A DNA stretch of 64,000 bases from Lama glama. Lineage: Eukaryota. The first letter of the stretch is position 1. Every line of letters starts with the position of its first letter. Of this stretch, positions 52,813 to 64,000 are shown one piece after another. The notes below the pieces were generated by a model. That model saw only the letters and a program-made list of their open reading frames with translations. It was not told where the DNA came from and made no database searches. Both the position numbers and the translations under genes were made by a program. The DNA lies in NCBI GenBank assembly GCA_028534125.1, contig CM052817.1, positions 86,430,001 to 86,494,000 on the forward strand, given 5' to 3'.

Positions 52813-54779
52813 AAAATCGTAATTACTTTGTTTGAAAGTCTTTATTATTAAGTAATTTGTTTAGTCGTTAATACTGATAAAATTATATATTTTTCTTTAT
52901 TCATTTAAGATATGTGTGTTGGTAAGTTAACGTATTTTTAAGTAGTAGCCTATATGTATATTTTTTTTTGAAATTTAATTCATTTATAAATTAGATAATA
53001 TTTCAAACATGTTAAAATTACTAATCTCTGATATTCTTTATCAATAGCACCATATATAAAATCTAATTATGTTATGTATCCCCTCAAGCTTCTCTATATG
53101 TGCATATACTATATATTGTCTCTGAGGGCTGCACTAAATATGGGATACTCAGGGCTTATTTTCATTTGAATCAAAATGGAACTTATATAAAAGAATTAGT
53201 AGGTGTCAGAATTAACTGTACTAGAATGAGATTAAATGATACCTGGATATAAACACTGAAAAAAATAAATACATGCAGATGTTTTAAATTTTCTGTTTCT
53301 ATGATTATGCAAAATAACTTGAATACTGTTTAAAATTAATGTAATTCCACACACCAGACTTAGTCTGTCTTCAGCATACTGCTATCTTTTTTCATGGTAT
53401 GTAATTTGCAGATACACTTCCATAAAAGTGATTTAATAGTTAAATACATGATATGCAATTTTCATTTAAAGCCTTAAGCTTTTACTGTACTTGTCTTGAT
53501 TTTCAAACAAAATTTTACTTCATAGTACATTAATTTCTCAGGAATTTTTGCACTTTGTCATTAACATGCTTTTATTATTTCAATAAACAAAAATAAATAT
53601 GGTATTAGCTCTTTGGCTCCATGCTTCAGTAATTTCACTAAACAGCTGGAAGACAAATGTAGTTGACTATTGGTTTAATTATATGTATTGATTCTACTGT
53701 GTTTAAATTCTTATTTTTGAACAATAGTGTACTTATATCTATAAATTGATTAATGGATTGTAGTCTTAATCATGAAATAGTAGAATCTACAGCTGGCTAA
53801 ATAATGTGTTTTCTTACAAATTACTTAAAATACAGATGCCAAGCATATTGCATTCTCCATTTAACAAGAGAATTGGATTGCCTAGAAGTCCTTTTATCAT
53901 TAGCTATTATCAATACTAGTATAGATGTTGGAATTGTAGCTATCTGTTTCAAATTAGCTCCATCACAAAATATGATTTCCAAATACACAGAATGTTTACA
54001 AACTATTCCAAATTTGAAGTAATATATACATTCTGATATTGTTTCAGTAATAATAGCTGAAAAAGTTAACTTACATAGATACTTAATGTTTGCATATTGT
54101 TCACTGTATTTTTGAAAAATAGGAATATCCAGCATTGAATAACAGTTAAAGTATTATGTAACTCTAGGATTTTAATGTGTGGTTATGCAAATTATAACAT
54201 CATTCGATAATAGTGTTCTATTTTTTGTCTTTTCAAGTTACATAAAATTTAAACATTATGTAATAAGTTATTACCTTTATAATCTCATTTCTGTTAAAAA
54301 TATAAACAGATATATTTAAGTTCTAACTTATTTTACTTTTACAATCCAGTGACTGATCTCTCTCAGTAACTTATAGAAATGGATGGAAGATTGATAGCTT
54401 TCATTCGTATATACATATATATGGTCTTACTCCGGTGGTGGGAGAAAGTATTACAGTTATTAATAGATATACTAGTTAGAATGAAAAAGTCCATTTCTAA
54501 TCTTGTCATAATTTCTCATTGCTTTATCATAGACTTCATAGTGTATTATTGACATGTGAACTTTCTCATGTAGAAATTGAGATGTCAGTTTACCATATCC
54601 ATGGAAATAGAGAGGGGAAGTTTGTTGTTTTGGGAATAAATTTAAAAGAAAGACAGAGTCTAATACTACTCAAAATATCTAAAACTGTTATTCAAAAGAT
54701 GGTAAGTGAATCACCAATAAGTACTAAATGGCAGTTAAACCTTTTATAGGCTTTTTTAAAACAATGTAAGAATTTTTTG

Positions 54780-55200
54780 TGAAACATAAGGATTTGATGT
54801 ACATATATATTAAAAATGATTACCACAATAAATTTAGTTAACATCCATCACTTCACAGTTAATTTTTTCTTGTGATGAGAACTTCTATGATAGACTGTCT
54901 TAGCAACTTTCAAATATAAAATATAATGCAGCTATAGTAAACATGCTGTACATTATATCCCCAGGACTTATTTATCCTATAACTAGAATTTTGTACTTTT
55001 TGATAACCTGCTCTCATTTTTGTCACCCCTCAGCCCTTGTGTCTGGCAACCACCAATCTGTTCTCTGTATTTATTATTTTTTTAAGATTCTACATGTAAA
55101 TGAGATCATATAAAAATGTGTCTTTATCTTTTTGATTCATTTCACTTAGCATAATGCCCTCAAGATCTATGCTTGTAACAAACTGTCGTGTGTGTGTGTT
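54780..55200 (-). mobile_element. L1MA-like 3' end
   Basis: atgattaccacaataaatttagttaacatccatcac...ggcaaccaccaatctgttctctgtat. Confidence 0.85.
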
Positions 55201-55342
55201 TGTGTGTGATTAACAATACATTGATACATAAAGAATGCTTGATCTCATGAGTTTTTAGAAAACCTTAAAGATTTTCTATTATCTGCTAGTTTTAGAAATA
55301 TCCTGTGCTCTTGTAATATCATGAGACCATCCATGTGTTCCT

Positions 55343-56520
55343 TTTCCCCCAGCTTTATTGAGATATAATTGACATATAACATTGTATAAGTGAATGGTAT
55401 AGAATGTGTTTGATTTGATACATTTATATATTGCACAATAATTACTGCCACAGTGTTAGCTAACACGTCATGTCTTATACTTACCATTTCTTTTTTGTGG
55501 TGTTGTCATTTAAGGTGGTGTGGACATGTGTTAGCAACTTTTAAGTATATAATACAGTATTTATTAGCTATCATCACCATGCTGTACATTAGTTTCACAG
55601 AACTTACTCATCTTATAACTGGAAGTTTGTACTTTTTGACAAAATTTCTCTGTTTCTCTTACACCTCATCCCCTGGTAGGGACCATTCAAGTCTCTGTTT
55701 CTGTAAGTTTGGCCTTATTAGATTCCGTATATTTGTGATATTATACAGTATTTGTTGTTCTCTCTCTGATCTGTTTCACTTACCATAATGCCTTCTAGGT
55801 CCATCTGTGTTGTAGAATGTCCTTATTTCTCATGACTAAATAATATTCTGTTGTGTGCGTGTGTGTATGTACTTTATTGTACTTTATCCACATATGGCAT
55901 CTATGTAACATTTCTTCTTTGTCCATTCATCCTCTGATGGACAGACAGTTAGATGTTTTGTTATCTTGGCTATTGTGAATAATGCTGTGGTGGACATGGG
56001 AATGCAGATATCTCTTGAAGGTCTGTATTTTCATTTCCTTTGGATAGGTACCTGAATGTAGGATTGCTGGACCATATGGTAGTTCTATTTTTAATTTTTT
56101 GAGGAACTTCTATACAGTTTTCATAAAGGCTGTACAAGTTAACATTCCCATCAACAGTGTACAGGGTTCCCTTTTTTGCACATCCTCACCAGAACTTGTT
56201 ATCCCTGGTCTTTTTGATGTTAGCAGTTCTAAAAGGTGTGAGGTGATATCTCATTGTGGTTTTAATTTGCATTTTCCTGATGATTAGTGATTCTGAACAT
56301 CTTTTCACATACCTGTTGACCATCTGTATGTCTTCTTTGGAAGAATATCAATTCTGTACCTCTATTCATTTTTAATCAGATTTTTATTGCTATAAAGGTA
56401 TATAATTTCTTTATAAATTTTGAATATTAACCCCTTATCAGATATATGATTTGCAAATATTTTCTAACGTTTTGCATGTTGCCTTATCATTCTCTTGATG
56501 GTTTAATTTGCTGCACAACT
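55343..56520 (-). mobile_element. 5'-truncated L1MA-like element
   Basis: Runs from agctttattgagatataattgacatataac through ORF2 C-terminal text. Candidate TSD tccatgtgttcct (55330-55342) vs tccatgagtttct (56521-56533), 11/13. Confidence 0.9.
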
Positions 56521-58429
56521 TCCATGAGTTTCTAATCCCCATGCTCACCTTTGTTCTGTTCTCACACCAGTTCTTACCTTGTTTTCCCTCTGAATAGAGT
56601 GGTTAATGACTTTGTTCTGAGTCATTCCATCAGTGTTTTTAATGTTTCTCCAGTTTCAGAACAACAGTAAATTCACTACAATGATTGAATACTCACCAAG
56701 AAGTTGGATCATAGGGAGAAAAAAGATTTAATTTAGATTTTAATTTAGATAAGATATTGATAATTTTCCCAGGCTGTGGTTACATGACCATCATTTTGGG
56801 AGGAAAGAAATCCTTCATTAATTTCCAAGGAGATAAACAAACATCACAGATACTCAGACTGCTTTCAGAAAAAATTATATGCTTTTCTTTTTAAAAAGTA
56901 CCATAGCTGAAGAATGCATTGATTTTGTGAGCACAGAAATGCAACAAGACCAGAGCAAATGAAAACGTTCTTGCAAATTTAGCTTCTGAATTTGAACGTA
57001 TCAGCTTAGGTAATATAGAAGATAGTAAAGATCAAATATTAGATAATTTAATTGTATGGGAGGTCGTTGTAAATAGGGATAAATAGGAAAATAAGAGATG
57101 CCCTTTTATTTAAAATCTCAGCCAGGAAACAAATAAAAAAGTATTCTGTCTTCCTTTCTTCCTTCCTTTCTTCTTTTCTTCCTTTCCCTCTTCTCTGTCT
57201 CTATCTCTCTCTCTCTCTCACGTGTGCACTCTCTCTCTTTGCACAGCTCTCTAAAGTTTCTTCATTTTTCTTCCACCCAAATTTGAGCTACAGATGCAAA
57301 GTCACTTTGAAAAAATTGATAAACAGTTAAAGTTTAGCATCAACTGAATTCCAGAACTTCTCAGTCTTCCCCTCCTTATGATTATTAAGATATCCTTTAT
57401 ATTTTTAAATTTTCCTTCCCTATTATAGCTCCCAGATTATAAACATACAAAAATCTAAGTTGATATTTATTTAGTATTTCATAGAATAATATTTAAATAT
57501 GTATTTGTTTACAGTTGTATTTTAGTGCAGTTATATACAGGTATTAGATTGAAGAATGGTAAATTTATGAGATGTTCCAAATTTAATTGATCTAATAGAG
57601 TAAATTCACTTGCACTTCAAGGACAGATACAGTGCTATCCAATATTGAGTTAGAGGGCAACTAGACAAATTGCATGAACAGTTATAAATATCTATGACTA
57701 CTAAAATTACCACATTAATGAAATTTAAAAAATAGTATTTACGGATACCCCAAAATAGTTATTATCCTTTTCATGTCAGAAAAGATTGTGTAATATATCA
57801 GGAGATGTTTCTAGCATTAACTTTGTGAGATGCAGGTACACTAGAAATCTATGGCGACAGATCTGTAACAAAAGAAATGTATAACCACAGCTAGAGTTGT
57901 TTAAAGTAACACTGCTGTACTCATTACAAAAGAGAAAGTGTGGAGAATAATGTTTATATAAAAAATAACAATTTTTCATAGCAGACAATAAATATTTGGA
58001 GTCATTATCATGTGTCTCACTAAGACTAACTGGTATCTCTAATTTGATCATTATTTAGTTTTCTCACTGTGGCTTCTATGAATGTCCCTTCTTCAGGATA
58101 TATAAAGCTGGAAAACAGAATCTTAACTAAAAAGGACTTAAATTATTTAAAAAGAGCGTTTATTAACTCATTTAAGAAAAACATCCAAAGGCAAAAGGAG
58201 CATCAAATAAGGTTTTTCCTGCCCCTCTCACTTTCAGTGTAAAAGAGAAACACTGTTCTCCTTTTGATCAGGAGCTGGGGGAGGGAGTGAGAGATATTGA
58301 GAAGAATTGGGTTTGCTTGATAAGTGGCATGAGCCAGATTCCTTATCGACAAATTGGGAACAAGGGCCCTCTGGGCAGTCAGGGCACCTGGGTGGTGCTC
58401 ATCCCAGGACTCCCCTAGCACCGGTGGAG

Positions 58430-58565
58430 TTCCCCCAGACCCAAAGAGTTTGTATCGTTAATCACGTCTGCAAATTTATTTTAGCCATTTGAAGTAGCAT
58501 GTTCAGATATTCTGAGGTTTAGGGTGTGGACATATATGTGTAGAGACACTATTTTGACTGCTATG
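58430..58565 (-). mobile_element. MaLR (MLT1-type) LTR end
   Basis: ttaatcacgtctgcaaa...ttctgaggtttagggtgtggacatat...cactattttgactgcta. Confidence 0.6.
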
Positions 58566-61500
58566 AATGTCACACAGAAACTTACAGCGTATTTCCTGGA
58601 CTATGTTTTCCTACTTTGTATGACGTACTTCACCATCTGAACTTCTCAACAGTGTGGAAATCCTTTCATGACTTCTAGTCTCCCCTCTTCTCTGAATTGA
58701 CTCGCAAGTTCTGATAGTGCAAGTCCCCTTTAACTGAAGGTCAAGTAGATGTCTGCTCTAAAATTATCTGTTAAATTATCTGTGTGCTCTACTTGAACTT
58801 GTGGCTTTAGTTCTGATCATCTACAAATTTCTAAAATTCCAGAGGAGACAGTTTAGAAAACAATAATAATATGTGAAAGTTATTAAGTATAAAAAGATTT
58901 TAATAATAAATTTCCATATAATATTGGGGAGATAAAAGAAGTAAAGGATGCCTTTGACTCCACATAAAAGAAAAGGAATCAGAACAGTGCTAGAACTTTG
59001 TTTACGTATTTTTGTGTTATTTTATAGTTGAATCTGAAAAAAGTAAGCCAGAGTTGTTGTTTTTTTTCTATTTAACTTTCTCTTTTTGTCAAAATTCTTA
59101 GTGTTATGCACAGGTATATTATCAAAAATATACCAAAAAAAGAAACAAAATCTTAAATGCAGAAATCCTTCTACATTTGAAATTAAAATTCAGAAAATTA
59201 TTGCCTCCTTGTTTTTCTTTCTACTGACATAATAAAAAGAAAAAGGATTGATGATATTCAAAGATAAATAAAATGAAATTCAACTGAATGTAAATAATAG
59301 TGGTAAATCTCTCTTATATTTACAATCCTTTGATTTCTTCCCAAAGTACTCAGACTGTTTATTCATAGATGAAAATGTTTATAACATGTTCAGAGTGGGG
59401 ATTGCTCTCATTTGATTAAAAACAAGAGATATAAACATCTCTTTCTTCTATGGACTGACTTATCTGTAGGAAGTAATGTGATGCACTTACAAACTATTTT
59501 TTAACCTTTTTGTCATTTCTCTGGTTTGAAAATAGAATTATCTTTGTCTTTCTTTTGTATAATGGGTCTTGACATCTGCTTTTCTATCATATGAAATCTA
59601 GATTTCTGACTAACAAGATACATTCTTACTTTGTTTTTTCCTATGATGTATTAAATACTGTGTTCACATGACTGGATTTAGGCTTAAAAACTGCTGACTG
59701 TCTAATACCAATAGGATAGGTTCATTAAATCTGAGCCATTTACCCCATCACAAGAACCAAAACATATCTTCAGATTCATATCCCTTTCATGTTTCTAAAC
59801 TCAAACCACAAATAACATTTCACCTCTCTCTGATCATTTAGAAAGTTTCCAAATTGTGTGACTTTCTCCATCATATTTATTCTTCCCTAATATACTTTTC
59901 TTCTAGTTTCCTAGGTGAAAAATTTGAGCGAAAATTACAATATTCTTTTAACACCCTTCTTAACTCTGATTTCAGATCATTCAAGGAAGCATGAAATGGT
60001 AGAAAAATGATGAGTTGACTCTGTATTCAACTTGGACTAGTTTGAAGAACAAATCTTGCTACTCTGTAGCTATATGACATTTGGAAAGCTATATAACATG
60101 CTCTAGTAATACCGTCTTTTATTATTATTTTAAATATCAATAATACATTACAAACAGTTGTAAGTTTTTCTTGAGTAAAATATAGTCAGTGTTTGACAAC
60201 AAATATTATCTCATTTTTGTACTTTGCTGGGGCGGTTTTGGAAGTAAAAAGAGATAATACTTTGCACATCCCAGCATAGACAGTACTCACAAAGGTAAGC
60301 TGCTTTTCTGCCTCGACATTACATAAATAGAAATTTGAGTTATTAATTTTTTTCACAGCTCATCCCAAATTTGTCTACAGAGCTGTGTTTCACAATCAGC
60401 ATTCTTCTTTCTGTGGTTAATGTCCCACAACAAGAGCAACGCCGCCGTCCCTCCTCTGGTCAATCAGACACCCCTCTTGATATGATGTAATAAGTGCATG
60501 ACACTAGAAATTAAATCACACATACATATTCTATACAAAATTTTAGGGAATAAAAGGGATATGAAAATAAATTAGTAGAGCTGATGAAAAAGAAAAGGAT
60601 AATAATTCCAGTGGTGATGATGTATAGGAGAAACAAAGAGAACAAAAGAGGGAGAGGACCAGAGAGAGGATACACTTGAGTGAGAGAGAGAGAGAAATCA
60701 TAATATAGGAAGCTACTGGAGACATGTAAAATTGATCATGGATTCATAATGAACATTTTATAGTTTTCTTCCTCCATTCTTTTTCTACCCATCTAAATTC
60801 CCTCAAAACCTCAAATGTTACATATTATTTGTCTCTCTGGTGGGAAAATCCAAAACTTTATCTTGAAAACCTGAACTTTGTTGGTCTTGTCTGTATAGGA
60901 TTACGAGTATTTTACCATTTTTGCTGCATCCCAGTCTACAACCAAGGTTATGAATACCACTTGTTCAGAATATATTGCATCATAAAGGCCCAAATTTCAG
61001 TATCCCTGGGTGCTGGTCCTAGCCAACATGGAAAATGTCTTCATTAAGCCAGTTTATTGTTCTACTGAGCTAGCTGCTTACATGTGTCATTTATTATTAT
61101 GTACCAAGCACATGTGTTGATGTAACTGAAGCTTGTTAATAAGAATCAGAATTAAATGGGATAGCTTCAGTTTAGATATAACATTTAGTAAAAACTTTCT
61201 TTTTTATTTTGACTGACCAAATATGTTGTCTAAGGAAAGGAAACCTGTACCAAGAACTGGTGTTACAGTGTTATCTCAGTGAAGACATATTGCTCTCCCT
61301 TGCCATGATGGACACAGTTCAGAAAAATTCACTTTTCTCCTGGTGACGATGCCTCTATGGTAGGGCACCACATTGGGAGTTCAGTGTTGTTTCCACTGCT
61401 AGCAGATTGGGTTAAAAGTTGTGATCAGGGCCATGTAAAATATGAGAATGTCTGTGTGTAATTGTGTCTGTGTGTGTGAAGAAATAAGTGATGAAGATTT

Positions 61501-63879
61501 TTAACACGTTGTTGATAGAGAAAAGAATGGAAAATACATATTTCACAGATAACAACAGCTAGAATATCTGGGTAATTATCTAGTTCCCCTTTGCTCATTT
61601 TAGAGGTGATAAAACATAGTCTCAGTAACTTCTCTTGCTGCAAATCATGCTACTAGTTAGTTGTTGATTTTACACAAAAAAAAGCTGCAATCTTGCTCTC
61701 AAGCCAGTGCTCATTTTTCTGTATTTTTTTAATGTAATCTGTTCTGAAAGAGGTCATAATAAGTAGATACCAAGTGGAATGACAGCCGGGGAGTAAAGCA
61801 ATCAATATAGCTTGGAATCTGGATGTTCTCTAGATAACAAAGCAAGTAAGATATGTGGCTCCAGAGTATATGTTGCTTTTCTATATTGTTATAGCTTAGA
61901 ATTAGGGTATTTTATACTGTGTGATTTTTCTCACACACACAAAAATGTTAGCAGAAAAATTTGATCAGTGAAAACAGATAGAACGATACTTACTATTTTT
62001 CCTCAAAGTAGACCGAAATCCCTGGAAGGTAATAAAATATTGAAATGTAATTACTGATGTGATGGAGACAGAATTACATATTTGTAAACAACAAAACAAC
62101 TACATATTTTTTAATTTATTAGAACACATCTCAAGAGTTTCTATGGGAGATTAAAAAGGGCATTAGAAACTCTATAAATATATAGCCTCAAATTGTATGG
62201 AGTTTATTTTTGTTGTTTTAATTTTAGAAATAATTTATTAAAATGTGTAATAATACATAAATAGATTTTTTTCCTTAGTTCTATGTAAAAGGTTTCGGAG
62301 TTACATGGTTCAGTTTATCTTCTATATACTTTTTTTCAAGATTAATTTCACATTAATGAAGGTTCTGATTTGTCTGTTTTTCAATCTGCATCTTCATCTG
62401 TATTGCATTTCTTAACCAGGGCCTGCAATTACTATGCTACTGAGTTCATAGTGGTAGGAGATTGGGGGTTCAATTTTAAATGATGTCAAAATGCATTTCA
62501 CATATATACCATTCCTTATTTAATTAGAACAATGTATGTCTGTGTTCATTTTCCCCATTCATTACAAATAATTAAGCATGACTGTCTTCATTTGTTATTA
62601 CAATTGAAAATCATACTTTCAGAGTCCACATGGAAAGACTCATGCATGCTTCAACACAGCTACAGTTGAGAGTAGATATTAAACTGAAATCCACTTCTGG
62701 TATATTTGCACTGTAAACGTTTCATGAAAGCATTGAAGGAAGATAGGAACGATCCCTCTGTGTCCTGGGCAGGATTGCTCTTCTCAGATAATTCCACTAC
62801 ATACAGTATTTATTGGCTCTTATACAGATCAGGAAGTTTGCCGACAAGGTGTTGTTATTCTGACTGAATAACCTCAACTGCAATTGAATATATAATGACT
62901 ACTTGAGCATATGTGACAGCATTCTTTGGAAAACACAATATTGAAAACATTAGGACAATTTCATTTTTAGGGGGAAATTTATACCTCATTTTGCTTATAT
63001 TTTCAGGTAATATACAAATATTAAAAGTTAATATATGGCTTATATAAAAAAAGAACCTACCAAAATCTAAAGAAACCTATTTACATAGCTTTATATTGAG
63101 GTATTAAATTTTTTGCATTAAATTTTAATTATTTTCATACGACCATTTTCATATGGTCTTGTTTGCTTGTCCACCTGGCCACTTTGTGCTTCTCCACAGC
63201 ATCTGGCCTCTACCAGTCTTCCGTCTCAGTCCCTTCCCTGTCCAGGTGAAGTCTTGGGTGATGTTTAAGACAGCTCCAAGGAAGTTCTCTCCTGCATTGC
63301 CTGCATCTGGTGTAAAGAAAACAAACTCTTTGCTCCCATCTCTGCAGCTTCAGCTCATTTTTAGATTTGACACATGCTTTCAACACAGCCCTCAGTTTCC
63401 TGCCGCCCTGCCATCTCAGGCTGAGTCTGCTTGAACTTCCCACATTACTGCTCATGCTTCCTAGTGTCTAGTGGTCCTGGTGCAATCCTTTTTCATCTGA
63501 CCTCAGGTTTGGAGGATGTACCTCTCTGGCCTTCCCCCTAATATGGTGGAAGCTACCTCAGAACTGTCTTCAAAGGAAATCTCTCTCTCTCTTCTAATTT
63601 TTTTCAACTTGGCCCATTTGAAAGCTAACCACTGATGTCCACTAAATCTGACAGAATTTCTTGTGTAATACTGTAGCACATCCTTCATAGGTATCCTAAC
63701 TCTGATAATAGGACATTAGGTATTTGGCCCTATTTAACTGTTTTCAGAATTAGAAACAGTGGCAGAATTCTCTGTGACAAGCTGATGACACACATGTAAC
63801 ATCTTATTACAAAGTTCTAAGTGTGTATCTTCTCCAAAACTGCTATGATGACAGCATCAATTAAAAGAATCACTTAACA

Positions 63880-64000
63880 GGCACCCCAATGTTCATAGCA
63901 GCACTATTTACATTAGCCAAGACATGGAAACAGCCTATATTTCCATAGACAGATGACTAGATAAAGAAGCTGGGGTATATTTATACAATGGAATACTACT
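63880..64000 (+). mobile_element. L1 3' fragment running off the window end
   Basis: gcaccccaatgttcatagcagcactatttacattagccaagacatggaaacagcct...aatggaatactact. Confidence 0.9.

Noticed and set aside
53821..54135. 104-aa minus-strand ORF in unique DNA
   Set aside because: Composition matches random AT-rich sequence; no recognisable domain or convincing splice context.
1..64000. CRISPR array, operon, defence system, NUMT or non-retroviral endogenous viral element
   Set aside because: No regularly spaced repeat-spacer array, no dense long ORFs, and no mitochondrial or viral peptide recognised; the window is typical mammalian repeat-rich DNA.

Overview
AT-rich mammalian nuclear DNA, most likely camelid (Camelus/Lama/Vicugna), judged from a Vic-1-type tRNA-derived SINE at ~6.1 kb and artiodactyl-type L1 3' ends. 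It looks intergenic or deep-intronic. I found no supportable intact protein-coding gene, RNA gene or CRISPR/prokaryotic system; nearly all listed ORFs are chance frames or repeat-derived. The one clearly identifiable gene-derived feature is a near full-length, intronless, disabled RBP2 (CRBP-II) retrocopy on the minus strand (~8.69-9.35 kb), which is unexpectedly CpG-rich. The rest is layered repeats: L1 fragments of several ages, L2, MIR, ERV1 solo LTRs (two with 4-bp TSDs), an ERVL LTR plus gag remnant, MaLR, hAT/Tigger MITEs and microsatellites. The most notable unexplained structures are a CpG-rich ~58-nt hairpin flanked by 8-bp direct repeats (37.35-37.42 kb), a perfect 19-bp inverted repeat (10.55 kb), a TSD-flanked poly(A)-only micro-insertion (42.8 kb), an inverted internal segment in an old L1 (24.2 kb) and a few candidate exons/enhancers. 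I see no convincing new biological system. Repeat family names come from recalled consensus sequences, not a database search, and boundaries are approximate unless TSDs are given.
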